A DNA stretch of 64,000 nucleotides from Chiloscyllium plagiosum (lineage: Eukaryota): positions 3,313,881 to 3,377,880 of the forward strand of contig NC_057758.1 in NCBI RefSeq assembly GCF_004010195.1. Reading direction: 5' to 3'. The notes below the pieces were generated by a model. It was not told the origin of the DNA and searched no databases. It saw nothing but the letters and a program-made list of their open reading frames with translations. This document shows, piece by piece, positions 50,580 through 64,000 of the stretch. The translations under genes and the position numbers were made by a program. Numbering within the stretch: position 1 is the stretch's first letter; the number at the start of each line of letters is the position of its first letter.

Positions 50580-51327
50580 TGAGCTAAGAGATTTTGACAG
50601 CACGTGTCTGAGACTAGCTGGCAGAGCCACAGAAAGAATTGAGAAATGTAACTATGTAACAACTGCGGCAAGTTTATTAACATTCGCTTGGGTTGGTTGG
50701 TTGTGTTTGAAGTTAAGGTAACTGGATTTGAGTTTAACCAATTAGTTTTAAATATGCCCAGGATAAATTGAACTTAAAACCAACTGAATTTTAATTTGAT
50801 TGTATTGACAACATCGGATCAATGAGATGGCAGGAGTAGCGGGGTTTATAAAGGAGGGAGTTTTGATAATTGTTCAGAGCTAACTGCCCATCCAACATGA
50901 AAAGCACTCAAAGAAATCTCTAAGGTACCATCTATTTAAAAGGTACTTTTGATCGCTAAAAGTACTTGCAGTAAAAAGTAAGAAAATGGCTCAGGAGAAA
51001 ACAGCAAATTTGGGAAAAGGAAGCAAGGCTGAAGGAACATCTGTGTGGACTTTAAGAGATTACGTCCTAACTTCCTGTTATTATTGTGTTATTGGAACAG
51101 CTTATTCATAGAATTATGGTCATCTAAGGACTAGTGGTTAATAAGGGGAAAGAGTGTTCGGTTTTTTAATAGTTTTGTTAATGTCCACTGTTAGGGTTAA
51201 ATGATTTGTTCCATTTCATTTATACAGTGGAAACCAGGGATCATCTTTCATTCTCACATTTTTGACAGATTACGGGGCGAGGTGATCTTCTCTGGGCGTT
51301 TTAGGATCCGACCTCTGTGTCATAACG
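50580..51327 (+). mobile_element. LTR-like repeat related to 49299-50579, in opposite orientation
   Basis: 50780-50830 is the reverse complement of a variant of 49838-49893; ends ...TGTGTCATAAC. Confidence 0.45.
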
Positions 51328-51474
51328 AGTTAAAAGCTTTTTTCATTATTGGTTGTGTGTGTCTGTGTCTGCATGCGCGTCTGTGTCTGTGAGTCTGAGA
51401 GAAAGACTAAGAGAGAGTCTGAGAGAGAGAGAGAAAAGAGAGCAAGGGGAGAAGAGAAGAGGAGAGAGAAGAGA

Positions 51475-52172
51475 ACATAGAACATTACAGCGCAGTAAAG
51501 GCCCTTCGGCCCTCGATGTTGCACCGACCTGTCATACCAATCTGTAGCCCATCTAACCTACACTTTCCATGTAAGTCCATATGCTTGGCCAATGATGACT
51601 TAAATGGATTTAAAGTTGGCGAATCTACTAGCGGTGCAGGCAAAGCATTCCATACCCTTACTACTCTGAGTAAAGAAACTACCTCTGACATCTGTCCTAT
51701 ATCTATCACCCCTCAATTTAAAGCTATGCCCCTTCGTGCTCGCCTTCACCATACTTGGAAAAAGGCTCTCTCTGTCCACCCTATCTAACCCTCTGATTAT
51801 CTTATGTTCTCAATTAAGTCACCTCTCAACCTTCTTCTCTCCAACGAAAACAGCCTCAAGTCCCTCAGCCTTTCCACGTAAGACCTTCCCTCCATACCAG
51901 ACAACATCCTAATAAATCTCCTCTGCACCCTTTCCAAAGCTTCCACATCCTTATTATAATGCGGTGACCAGAACTGTACACAATACTCCAAGTGCGGCCA
52001 CACCAGAGTTTTGTACATCTGAAGCATAACCTCATGGTTCCGGAACTCGATCCCTCTATTAATAAAAGCTAAAACACTGTATGCCTTCTTAACAACCCTG
52101 TCAACCTGGGTGGCAGCTTTCAAGGATTTGTGTACCTGGACACCGAGATCTCTCTGCTCATCTACACTACAG
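51475..52172 (-). mobile_element. CR1 LINE 3' fragment
   Basis: ORF 51797..52204 RDLGVQVHKSLK...HLEYCVQFWSPHY. Confidence 0.9.
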
Positions 52173-53084
52173 AATGTGCGACTGGACTGCTCAAGAGTCA
52201 GCAATTATTCAAAAGCTGTGCCGTAATGAGCCCATCACTGAGTTATAGAATTTCATGACAACTCTCTCTTACAAATGTGGAAACAATACGCGCATGTTAA
52301 AACAGCATGAAACCATCAAATTTGTACAATTTAACAAAGTAAAGCATAACTCAGTCAGATAATACTTCAATGACTCATCATAAAGTGAGAGAGATGTACA
52401 GCACAGAAAGAGGCCCTTCAGTCCAATTCATCAATGTTGACCCCTAAACTAATATAATCCCATTTGCCAGCACTTAGCCAATGTTCCTGCAAAGTTTTCC
52501 TCTTCATATACCCATTCAGATGTCTTTTAAATGTTCTATTTGTACCAGCCGCTACCACAAAGGATTCTGGGTCATTCAAAATGGAAGTCAGGAAAAAATA
52601 ATGGCCATAGGAGCTGCTCCTTTTGTTTTAGTCATTTTAGGTGTTGAAGCTGATTTCCTCAAATTCCAGGAGGGCTATTTAGTGTTTCTTTACCTGTTGC
52701 ATTGTCGCAAAATAATGGCACACTTAAAAGGATGAGGAGTAACAAAGGCAGAAACTACCTGCATATAGAGAGAGTGAGAGAGAGAGTAAAATCTACACTG
52801 CTGACATAGCAGTGAATCTGCACAGCTACCACCTTTGCTGTTTGAGTTCAAGTATTTCTGGACATCGGAGACATGGAAGAAAAATTAAGAAGTGGCGAAA
52901 ATCACAACTGACCGTTGATGAACCTGTGTGGGACAGCTCATGTCCCAGGAGTAGATAAGGGCATGGCTTTTCAGTGTAACCTTGCTGTCTTTCTTTTTTC
53001 TGTAAATCTACAGGAGTGAGTAGAGTGGGTTCTTTTTGGTTATACATTTTACAGATTTATAAAAGATTTAGAGATTTTATAGAA

Positions 53085-53423
53085 TCCCTACAATGTGGAA
53101 ACAGACTCTTATGCCCAATAACTCCACACAGACATGCTGAAGAGTGATCCACCCAGACCCATTTCCCCCTACCTTATATTTACCGCTGACTAATTCACCT
53201 AATCTTCACATCCCTGAACACTATGAGCAATTTAGCTTGACCATTTTACCCGAACCTGCACATCTTTGGAATGTGGGAGGAAACCAGAGCACTGGGAGGA
53301 AACCCACACAGACACGGGGAGAATGTGCAAACTCCACACAGAGAGTTGCCCGAGGCTGGGATAGAACCCAGGTCCCTGGCACTGTGAGGCAGCAGTGCTA
53401 ACCACTAAGCCACCGTGCTTCCC
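53085..53423 (-). mobile_element. HE1-like V-SINE
   Basis: Reverse-complement SINE motifs. Confidence 0.85.
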
Positions 53424-53479
53424 AATAAAACATTCAGAACAGATGTTTTATTGAGATCTGACTCATGATTAAAACTTAA

Positions 53480-54955
53480 AAGGTTCCCCATGAGAGACTG
53501 GTGAGCAAGGTTAGATCTCACGGAATACAGGGAGAACTAGCTATTTGGATACAGAACTGGCTCAAAGATAGAAGACAAAGGGTGGTGGTGGAGGGTTGTT
53601 TTTCAGACTGGAGGCCTGTGACCAGTGGAGTGCCACAAGGGTCCACTACTTTTTGTCATTTACATACATTATTTGGATGCGAGCATAAGAGGTACAGTTT
53701 GTAAGTTTGGAGATGTAGTGGACAGTGAAGACGGTTACCTCAGATTACAACAGGATCTTGTCCAGATGGGCCAATGGGCTGAGAAGTAGCAGATGGAGTT
53801 TAATTCAGATAAATGCGATGTGCTGCATTTTGGGAAAGCAAATCTTGGCAGGATTAACACACTGAATGGTAATATCCCAGGGAATTTTGCTGAACAAAGA
53901 GACCTTTGAGTGCAGGTTCATCGTTCCTTGAAAGTAGTTAGAGTATTGAGTGCAGGAGTTGGGAGGTCATGTTGCGGCTGTACAGGACATTGGTTAGGCC
54001 ACTGTTACAATATTGCATGCAATTATGGTCTCCTTCCTATCGGAAAGATGTTGTGAAACTTGAAAGGGTTCAGAAAAGATTTACAAGGATGTTGCCAGGG
54101 TTGGAGGATTTGAGCTGTTGGGANNNNNNNNNNNNNNNNNNNNNNNNNNNNNNNNNNNNNNNNNNNNNNNNNNNNNNNNNNNNNNNNNNNNNNNNNNNNN
54201 NNNNNNNNNNNNNNNNNNNNNNNNNNNNNNNNNNNNNNNNNNNNNNNNNNNNNNNNNNNNNNNNNNNNNNNNNNNNNNNNNNNNNNNNNNNNNNNNNNNN
54301 NNNNNNNNNNNNNNNNNNNNNNNNNNNNNNNNNNNNNNNNNNNNNNNNNNNNNNNNNNNNNNNNNNNNNNNNNNNNNNNNNNNNNNNNNNNNNNNNNNNN
54401 NNNNNNNNNNNNNNNNNNNNNNNNNNNNNNNNNNNNNNNNNNNNNNNNNNNNNNNNNTTTGGTCGCCATACTATTGGAAGGATGTGGAGGCACTGGAACG
54501 GGTGCAGAGGTGGTTTACCAGGATGTTGCCTGGTATGGTAGGAAGATTGTATGAGGAAAGGCTGAGGCACTTGGGGCTGTTTTCATTGGAGAAAAGAAGG
54601 TCTAGGGGTGACTTGATAGAGGTGTACAAGATGATTAGGGGTTTAGATAGGGTTGACCATGAGAACCTTTTTCCACGTATGGAGTCAGCTATTACGAGGG
54701 GGCATAGCTTTAAATTAAGGGGTGGTAGGTATAGGACAGATGTTAGGGGTAGATTCTTTACTCAGCGAGTCGTGAGTTCATGGAATACCCTGCCAGTAGC
54801 AGTGGACTCTCCCTCTTTATGGGCATTTAAACGGGCATTGGATAGGCATATGGAGGATAGTGGGCTAGTGTAGGTTAGGTGGGCTTGCATCAGCACAACA
54901 TCAAGGGCCAAAGGGCCTGTACTGTGCTGTATTTTTCTATGTTCTATGTTCTATG
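53480..54955 (+). mobile_element. CR1 fragments on both sides of gap 54124-54457, probably two different copies
   Basis: The WSP..KDV..LERVQ segment occurs both before and after the gap with different subfamily sequences; (TTCTATG)n tail. Confidence 0.8.
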
Positions 54956-54979
54956 CTATTTTCTTGGTCCATACACTGT

Positions 54980-57900
54980 TAAGGAGTGAAGGTGGCCTTT
55001 AGTAAAGTGATGTGCACTTCCTGTCCGATGTGGGAGATTAGGGAGAGTTTCCATGTTATTGATGATTATGTCTGTCTTTGGTTGCAAATCCTATCAGATT
55101 GCATGGATCGGTTGGACTGGCAGTTAGAGGCAATGAGGGATTTACAGGAGCTGAGGGGTGTGATGGATGGCAGTGAGGGGAAGGGAGAAAAACCACAGCA
55201 GGCTTACCATTAGGAAAGAAATAGGAGAGGGAGGCAGGTGGTGCAGAAGTTTTTTGTGGGTATCACCATCTCAAACAAGTATGCTGTTTTGGAAAATGTA
55301 GGGGGTGATGGACTCGCGGTGAAATGTAGCATGAACAGCCCAATTTCTGGTATTGAGACCGGCTCTAATTAATGAGAGGTACATCAGGTTCCAAGCGATC
55401 AAATGTGATAGGGGACTGTCCAGTCAGAGGCACAGACAGATGTTTCTGCAGCTGGCAGTGAAAAATCAGAATGGTGTGTTGCCTCCCTGGTGCCAGGATC
55501 AAGAATATCTTGGAGGGGGTGCAGAATGTTCTCAATGGGAGACAGCCAACAGGAGGTCATTGTGACATTGGAATGAATGACAGAGGAAGGGAAAAGGATG
55601 AGATTCTGAAGGGAAATTAAAGTTAGGCAGAAAATTCAAAAAGGTGGTCCTCCAGGGTAGTAATGTCTGGATTACGCCCAGTGCCACAAGCTAATGAGGA
55701 TAGGAATAGGAGAATAGAGCAAATGAATGCGTGGCTGAGGAGCTGGTGCAGGGGAGAAGATTCACATTTTTGGGTCACTGGAATCTCTTATGGGTAGAAG
55801 TGACCTGTACTAGCAGGACAGATTGCACCCAAATTAGAAAGGGACTAATATACTTGGACTGAGATTTGCTCGAGTTGCCTGGGAGAATTTAAACTGGTAA
55901 GGTGGGGTGGTGGGACCCAGGGAGATAGTTAAGAAAGAGATTAGTCTGAGACTGGTGCAGTTGGGAAAAGGAGCAAGTCAAACAGCCAGGGCAGGCAGGA
56001 ATAAAGAAAGAAAATGAGGTAGGATTGCTAAATTAAAGTGCATTTATTTCAACGTAAAGAGGCCTAACAGAGAAGGCAGATGAACTTGGCACGGTTAGGA
56101 ACATGGGCTGAGATATCATATCTGACCGTCCCTGTGGTTCAGGGACGGTCAGATTGGCAGCTAAATGTTCTGGGACACAAATGCTATGGGGAGGAAAGGG
56201 GGAGTGGCATTTTTGATAAGGGATGACGTTATAGCTGTACTTAGGGAAGATACTCCTGGGAATATGTTCAGGGACATAATTTGGGTGGAACTGAGAAATC
56301 AGGAAGGGAAGATCACCTTATTGAGATTGTATTGCAGATGCCCCAGTAATCAGCAGGAAATTGAGAACCAAATTTGTAAGGAGATCTCAGTTATCTGTAA
56401 AAATAATAGGGTGGTTAGGATACAGGATTTTAGCTTTCCAAACAGACTAGGATTGCCATTGTGCTCAGCATATACATGGAGACGAATTTGTTAAATGTGT
56501 ACAAGAAAACCTTCTGATTCAGTATGTGGATGTACCTATGAGAGAAGATGCAAAACTTGACCTACTCTTGGGAAATAAGGCAGGGCAGGTGACTGAAGTG
56601 TCAGTGCCGAAGCACTTTGGGGCCACCAACCATAATTCTATTAGTTTTAAAATAATGATGGAAAAGGATAGACCAGATCTAAAAGTTGAAGTTCTAAATT
56701 GGAGAAAGGCCAATTTTGACGGTATTAGGCAAGAACTTTCAAAAGCTGATTGGGCACAGATGTTCACAGGCGAAGGGACGGCTGGAAAATGGGAAGCCTT
56801 CAGAAATGAGAAAACGAGAATCCAGCGAAAGTATATTCCTGTCAGGGTGAAAGGAAAAGCTGGTAGGTATAGGGAATGCTGGATGACTAAAGAAATTGAG
56901 GGTTTAGTTGAAAAAAAAAGGAAGTGTCAGGTACAGACAGGATAGATAAAATGAACCCATAGAAGGCTATAAAGGCAGTAAGAGTATACTTAAGAGAAAA
57001 AGCAGGAGGGCAAAAAGGGGACAGAAGATAGGTTTGGCAAATAGAGTCAAGGAGAATCCAAAGGGTGTTTGCAAATATATTAAGGACAAAAGGGTAACNN
57101 NNNNNNNNNNNNNNNNNNNNNNNNNNNNNNNNNNNNNNNNNNNNNNNNNNNNNNNNNNNNNNNNNNNNNNNNNNNNNNNNNNNNNNNNNNNNNNNNNNNN
57201 NNNNNNNNNNNNNNNNNNNNNNNNNNNNNNNNNNNNNNNNNNNNNNNNNNNNNNNNNNNNNNNNNNNNNNNNNNNNNNNNNNNNNNNNNNNNNNNNNNNN
57301 NNNNNNNNNNNNNNNNNNNNNNNNNNNNNNNNNNNNNNNNNNNNNNNNNNNNNNNNNNNNNNNNNNNNNNNNNNNNNNNNNNNNNNNNNNNNNNNNNNNN
57401 NNNNNNNNNNNNNNNNNNNNNNNNNNNNNNNNNNNNNNNNNNNNNNNNNNNNNNNNNNNNNNNNNNNNNNNNNNNNNNNNNNNNNNNNNNNNNNNNNNNN
57501 NNNNNNNNNNNNNNNNNNNNNNNNNNNNNNNNNNNNNNNNNNNNNNNNNNNNNNNNNNNNNNNNNNNNNNNNNNNNNNNNNNNNNNNNNNNNNNNNNNNN
57601 NNNNNNNNNNNNNNNNNNNNNNNNNNNNNNNNNNNNNNNNNNNNNNNNNNNNNNNNNNNNNNNNNNNNNNNNNNNNNNNNNNNNNNNNNNNNNNNNNNNN
57701 NNNNNNGGTAAAGACAAGCCAGGGAACTATAGACCAGTGAGCCTGACGTCAGTGGTGGGCAAGTTGTTGGTGGGAATCCTGAGGGACAGGATGTACATGT
57801 ATTTGGAAAGGCAAGGACTGATTAGGAATAGTCAACATGGCTTTGTGCGTGGGAAATCATGTGTCACAAACTTGATTGAGTTTTTGAAGAAGTAACAAAG

Positions 57901-59155
57901 AGGATTGATGAGGGCAGAGCGGTAGATGTGATCTATATGAACTTCAGTAAGGCTTTCGACAAGGCTCCCCATGAGAGACTGATTAAAAAAGTTAGATCTC
58001 ATGGAATACAGAGGGAACTAGCCATTTGGATACAGAACTGACTCAAAAGGTAGAAGACAGAGGGTAATGGGGGAGGGTTGTTATTTAGACTGGAGGCCCG
58101 TGACCAGTGGAGTGCCACAATGATTGGTGCTGGGTCCGCTACTTTTCATCATTTATATAAATGATTTGGATGGGAGCATAAGAGGTATAGTTTGTAAGTT
58201 TGCTGATGATACCAAAATTGGAGGTGTCATGGACAGCGAAGAAGGTTACCTCAGGTTACAACACGATCTTGATCAGATGGGCCAATGGGCTGAGAAGTGG
58301 CAGATGGAGTTTAATTTATATAAATGTGAGGTGCTGCATTTTGGGAAAGTAAATCTTAGCAGGACTTCTACACTTAATGGTAAGGTCCTTGGGAGTGTTG
58401 CTGAACAAAGAGACCTTGGAGTGTAAATTCACGGCTTCTTGAAAGTGGAGTCGCAGGTAGATAGGACAATGAAGAAGGTGTTTGGCACGTTTTCCTTTAT
58501 TGGTCAGATTACTGAGTACAGGAGTTGGGAGGTCATGTTGCTGCTGTACAGGACATTGGTTAGGTCACTGTTAGAATACTGCATGCAATTCGGGTCTCCT
58601 TCCTATTGGAAGGATATTGTGAAACTTGAAAGGATTCAGAAAAGATTCTTTAGATTTAGATTACTTACAGTGTGGAAACAGGCCCTTCGGCCCAACAAGT
58701 CCACACCGACCCGCCGAAGCGCAACCCACCCATACCCCTACCTTTACCCCTTTAACCTAACACTACGGGCAATTTAGCATGGCCAATTCACCTGACCCGC
58801 ACATCTTTGGACTGTGGGAGGAAACCGGAGCACCCGGAGGAAACCCACGCAGACACGGGGAGAATGTGCAAACTCCACACAGTCAGTCGCCTGAGTCGGG
58901 AATTGAACCCGGGTCTACAGGCGCTGTGAGGCAGCAGTGCTAACCACTGGGCCACCGTGCCGCCCACGGAATGAGCTGCCAGAGGAAGTGGTGGAGGCTG
59001 GTACAGTTACAGCATTTAAAAGGCATCTGGATGGGTATATGAATAGGAATACAGGGATATGGGCTGGGTGCTGGGACTAGATTGGGTTGGGATATCTGGT
59101 CGGCATGGACGAGTTGGACCGAAGGGTCTGTTTCCATGCTGTACATCTCTATGAC
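54980..59155 (+). mobile_element. Near full-length decayed HER1/CR1 LINE (ORF1 Zn-finger/leucine-zipper/esterase remnant and ORF2) containing gap 57099-57706 and a SINE (58650-58967, -)
   Basis: VMCTSCPMWE...LSDCMDRLDWQLEAM, GGVAFLIR, LDLLLGN...TNHNSISF, KFADDTKIGG. Confidence 0.88.
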
Positions 59156-62100
59156 TGATGAAGGCTGCATGATGGACATGATCTATGTGGACTTCAGTAA
59201 GGCACTCAACAAGGTTCCTCGTGGTAGACCGGCTTGCAAGATTAGATCACATGGAATAGAGGGAGAACTAGCCATTTGACACAAAGCTAGCTCGAAGGCA
59301 GAAGACAGTGTGCTGGTGCAGGGTTGCTTTTCAGACTGGAGGCCCATGGCCAGTGGTGTCCAACAACAATCGGTGCTGGGTCTGCTGCTTTTCGTCATTT
59401 ACATAAATGATTTGGATGTAGGAGGTATAGTTAGTTTGCAGATGACAGCAAAACTGGAGGTGTCGTGGACAGCGAAGAAGGTTACCTCAGAGTACAATGG
59501 GATCTTGATCAGATGGGCCAATGGGTTGAGGAGTGGCAGATGAAGTTTATTTTAGAAAAATGTGAGGTGCTGCGTTTTGGGAAAGCATATCAGGGCAGGA
59601 CTTATACACTTAATAGTAAGGTCCGGGGGAGTACTGATGAACAAAGAGACCTTGGAGTGCGGTTTCACAGTTCCTTGAAAGTGGCGTCGCAAGTATATAG
59701 GAAGTGAAGCTTTCCTTTATTGGACAGAGCATTGAGTATCGGAGGTGGGTGGTTATGTTGTGACTGTACGGGACATTGGTTAGGCCACTTTTGGAATATC
59801 ACATGCAATTCTGGTCTCCTTGGTATACAAAGGATGTTATGAAACTTGAAAGGGTTCAGAAAAGATTTACAAGGACGTTGCCAGGGTTACAGGGTTTCAG
59901 CTATAGGGAGAGGCTGAATAGGCTGGGACTGTCAGAGGAAGTGGTTGAGGCTGGTAAAATTACAACATTTAAAAGGCCTCTGAATGAATAGGAAAGATTT
60001 AGAGCGATAAGGGCCGATTGCTGGCAAATGGGACTAGATTAATTTAGGCTATCTGGTCAGCATGGAGGAGTTGGACTGAAGGGTCTGTTTCCATGCTGTA
60101 CGATATGACTTCCTCTGGCAGCTCACTCCATATACGCACCACCCTTTGTATGAAAATGTTGCCCCTTACATCCCCTTTAAATATTTCCCCCCTTAAACCT
60201 GTGCCCTCTAGTTCAGTACTCCCAACCTCAGGGAAAAGACCTTGCTTATTTACTCTATCCATGCCCCTCTTGATTTTATAAACCTCTATAAAGGCCACCC
60301 CTCAGCCTCTGACACTCCAGGAAAAACAGCCCTAGCCTATTCAACCTCTCCAGATGACTCAAACACTCCAACCATGGAAACATCCTTGTAAATCTTTTCC
60401 AAACCCTTCCAGTTTCACACCATCCTTCCGACAGGAGGGAAACCGGAACTGCACACAGTATTCCAAAAGTAACCTATCCAATGTTTTGTACAGCTGCAAC
60501 ATGACCTCCCAACTCTGATACTCAATGCACTGGCCCATAAGGGCATGCTGACCAAATGCCTTCTTCGCTGTCCTATCCACCCGCAACTCCCCTTTCAAGA
60601 AACTATGAACTTGCATTGCAAGGTCGCCTTGTCTAGCAACAATCCCAGGACCTTACTATTAAATGTATAAATCCTGCCCTGATTTATCTTTCCAAAAATG
60701 TCGCACCTCACATTTATCTAAATTAATTTCCATCTGCCACCCCTCAGCCAATCACATCAAGATCCTGTTGTACTCTCACGTAACCTTCTTCGTTGTCCAC
60801 TACACCTTCAATTTTGGTGTCAACTGCAAACTGACGAACTATACCTCCTATGTTCACATACAAACCATTTAATATATGACGGAAAGCAACAATCCTTATG
60901 GCAGATTATTGGTCACAGGCCTCCTGGCTGAAAAAACAACCCTCCACCACCACTCTGTCTTCTACCTTTGAGCCAATTCTGTATCCAAATAGCTTGTTCT
61001 CCCTGCATTCCATGAGACCTAACCTTGTTGAACGCCTTGGCCATATCAATCACACCAATCGCTCTGCCTTCAATCCTGTTCGCTACTTCTTCAAAAAACT
61101 CAATCAAGTTAGTGAGACATGATTTCTTATACACAAAGTCATGTTGCCTTTCCAAATATATGTAAATCCTGTTCCTCAGGATTCCCTCCAACAACTTGCC
61201 CACCACCAATGTCAGGCACACTAGTCTGTAGTTCCCTGGCTTTTCCTTACCACCTTCTTAAAAAGGAGCACTTCATTAGCCCACCACCAGTCTTCTGGCA
61301 CCTCACTTGTGGCTATCTATGGTCCAAGCATTTCTGCAATGTACCCAGAAATCACTTCCCTAGCTTCCCACAGAGTTTTAGGGTACATCTGATCAGGTCC
61401 TGCGAATTTATCCACCTTTATGCATTTTAAGATATCCAGCACCACCTTCTCTTTAATATGGACGTTTCTCAAAATGTCACCATCTATTTCCCAACAGTCT
61501 ATATCTTCCATGTCCTTCTTCACAGGAAATACTGATGCAAAATGCTCATTTAGGATCTCCTCTATCTTCTGTGGCTCCATACATAGGCTGCCTTGCTGAT
61601 CTTTGAGGGGCCATATTCCCTCCTTCGTTACCCTTTTAGAATCCCTACATAGAATCCCTGCTGTGTGGAAACAGGTATTTGGCCCAACAAGTCCACACCG
61701 ACCATCTGAAGAATATCCCACCCAGACCTATCCCCTACCCCGTTAATCTACATTTGGCCTGGTGAATACACCTAACCTACACATCCTTGGGCATTATGGG
61801 CAATAATAGCATGGCCAATTCATCTAACCTGCACAATTTTGGACTGTGGGAGGAAACCGGAGCACCCAGACGAAACCCATGCAGACACAGGGAGAATATG
61901 CAAACTCCACACAGTCGCCCAAGACCGCAATCGAACCCAGGTCCCTGGCGCTGTGAGGCGGCAGTGTTAACCACTGAGCCACTGTGATGTCTTTTTGTCC
62001 TTAATGTACTCATAAAAGCCATTTGCATTCTCCTTAACTCTATTTGCCACAGCTTTTTCATGTCCCCTTTCTGTCCTCCTCATTTCCCTCTTAAGTTTAG

Positions 62101-62225
62101 TTTTACTGCCTTGGTAATCTTCTGAGGAATCACTCGATCACTGCTGTCTAACCTGACATCTGCTTCCTTCTTTCTTCTTGACCAAAATCTCAATTTCTCT
62201 ATTCCAGCATTCCCTACACCTACAA
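59155..62225. mobile_element. Two further CR1 fragments in opposite orientation (+ 59155-60105; - 60105-62225) with a nested SINE (61635-61985, -)
   Basis: RT motifs on + then on -; SINE boxes. Confidence 0.8.
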
Positions 62226-62471
62226 GCACTTGGCTGCTTTTGCCTGAAATTGCCCCCTTTAAATGTGAACATTAAGAAATATGCAACTCTCTTAGTCAGA
62301 CAAATAAGTGTGTCAAGCTGTGGGAGTAAAGGATGTTAACTTCTTTGAGACAACGGAAGACTTAGGCCAAGCTTTCCGGAGTCTGCACTCTCCCTGGATT
62401 CACTTCCTTACCCTTCAATTCTTACAAGTCAACAATTTCAAGCGGAAAGAAAAAAACAGCGTTATGCTCAC

Positions 62472-62780
62472 CGAAGATTGACAGAGTTGTTCAGTCTGGG
62501 CGAAGTTCAACCTTCCTTCACACTTCTCTGGGCGCGAATGACCAACTTCACCGTCCAACTTCCGCATCCAGACAATAGGGGAGCGCCGATTGGCTGGAGG
62601 ACTAACTTGCTTTTGGTCCTCCAGGGCTTCTCATTGGTCAATGGCGAAACTCTTCAACTGAAGGCGCACATTGCTTCGCCGCACGTGGCGTACCGGGCCG
62701 CCCGGCACAGTGGCCGACAGAGTGGCTTCAATGGCGCTGTGCATTATGGTCCTCCTCGCCACCATTGTGCAGTGCGAACC
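62472..62780 (-). promoter_or_regulatory. CpG-rich promoter with candidate non-coding first exon on the minus strand
   Basis: High CpG density; CCAAT boxes (ATTGG at 62589 and 62633), E2F-like GGCGCGAA at 62531, ETS-like ACTTCCG at 62558, E-box CACGTG at 62682, YY1-like ATGGCG; donor CG|GTGAGC at 62471. Confidence 0.65.
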
Positions 62781-63153
62781 CAGACTGTCAGACAAGCATG
62801 AAAATTCGATATGCGGTGTGTAGTTACCTCAATGTGGCTGTAAGGAGTAGTCATATGATTTGATTGTGAAGGCCCCCGTTCTTCCCAAAAGATTTTGTTA
62901 ATTTCAGGATGCCTGGCTGGCATATTCAAGAGGGCAAACCGTGACTGTGAAACAGAACAGGAGAGTCAGCAGTCATTTGTGAAGAGAATGCGAGGGGTAT
63001 TCAAACAGACTGATGTAGAAGATGGTTAGTGAAAGGGTAAGACATTGTCCAAAGCTGTATATAGTCGAGAGTGTGTTGGTTGTCAGGAAGAATCATGAAA
63101 GAGCATTTAACTTAAATGGGGAGATGTTGCAGTATTCTGAAGTACAGCGGGAT

Positions 63154-63415
63154 ATTAGATTAGATTAGATTCCCTACAGTGTGGAAACAGGCCCTTCAGC
63201 CCAACCAGTCCACACCGACCTTCCAAAGAGTAACCTTCCAGATCCATTTCCCTCTGACTAATGCACCTAACACTGCGGGAGGAAACTGCAGCACCCAGAG
63301 GAAACCCACGCAGGCACGGGGAGAATGTGCAAACTCCACACAGACAGTCGCCCGAACCTGGGACGCTGGCGCTGTGAGGCAGCAGTGCTAACCACCGAGC
63401 CACCGTGCCGCCCCG
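63154..63415 (-). mobile_element. HE1-like V-SINE with internal deletions, among CR1 fragments extending to the window end
   Basis: SINE head and tail; CR1 3' end at 63590-63830 (-). Confidence 0.8.
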
Positions 63416-64000
63416 ATTAATCATATTGAGATAGTCTGCAGGGGCAGCGAGTGATTAGGAAGGTAAAGGAATTTGTTTTCAATCATTCATGGGCGGGAAC
63501 ATCACTAGCTGTTCCTTGTTCCTATCAGCCCTTGAAAAGTGGTATTGAGCTGCTTTGAACTGCTGGACTCCATACAAATGACAAAATTCCATAAGACATA
63601 GGAGCAGAAATTAGGCCACTCAGCCCATCGAGTCTGCTCTGCCGATTCAGTCAGGGCTGACAAGTTTCTCAAAGCCATTCTGCTTTCTCTCCATAACCCT
63701 TAATCCTCAAAAACGTATGTATCTCAGTCTTAAACATACTCAATGATCTGGCCTCCATAGCCTTCTGTGGCAATGAATTCCATAGATTCACCAGCCTCTG
63801 GCTGAAGAAAGTTCTCCTTATATCTGGCTGGAAAAGCTCAACGGCAACATCTATGGAGAGAAATTGAAGTTCAGGTGCATGGTTCTCTGAAAGTGGTATC
63901 ACAGGTAGACAGGGCAATGAAGAAGGCTTTTGGCACACTGGCCTTCATCAGTCAGGGCATTGAGTATAGAAGTTGGGAAGTTATGTTGTAGTTGTACAGC

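Overview
Repeat-rich vertebrate genomic DNA, very likely from a cartilaginous fish (shark). This is inferred from abundant HE1-type V-SINEs, HER1/CR1 LINEs and the GPR139-like receptor family. There are three N-gaps. The only intact protein-coding gene I can support is a two-exon orphan class A GPCR of the GPR139/GPR142-like group (+, 16124-16304 joined to 21958-22859, 360 aa). Other non-TE features are a decayed C2H2 zinc-finger gene (-, ~47.3-49.2 kb), exon-like blocks of an unidentified decayed gene (-, 39.2-40.9 kb), a CpG/CCAAT/E2F promoter (-, ~62.5-62.8 kb), a ~45-bp minisatellite array split by a CR1, and a CR1-derived tandem array at the window start. The most notable signal is a population of Penelope-like element (PLE) fragments and short fold-back derivatives. 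They carry minimal type I hammerhead ribozyme cores (CUGANGA...GAAA with a palindromic ACGU/AGCU helix III) from three families and have 12-19 bp target-site duplications. In several copies the inversion breakpoint falls in or next to the ribozyme. TE boundaries are read by eye and are approximate unless stated.
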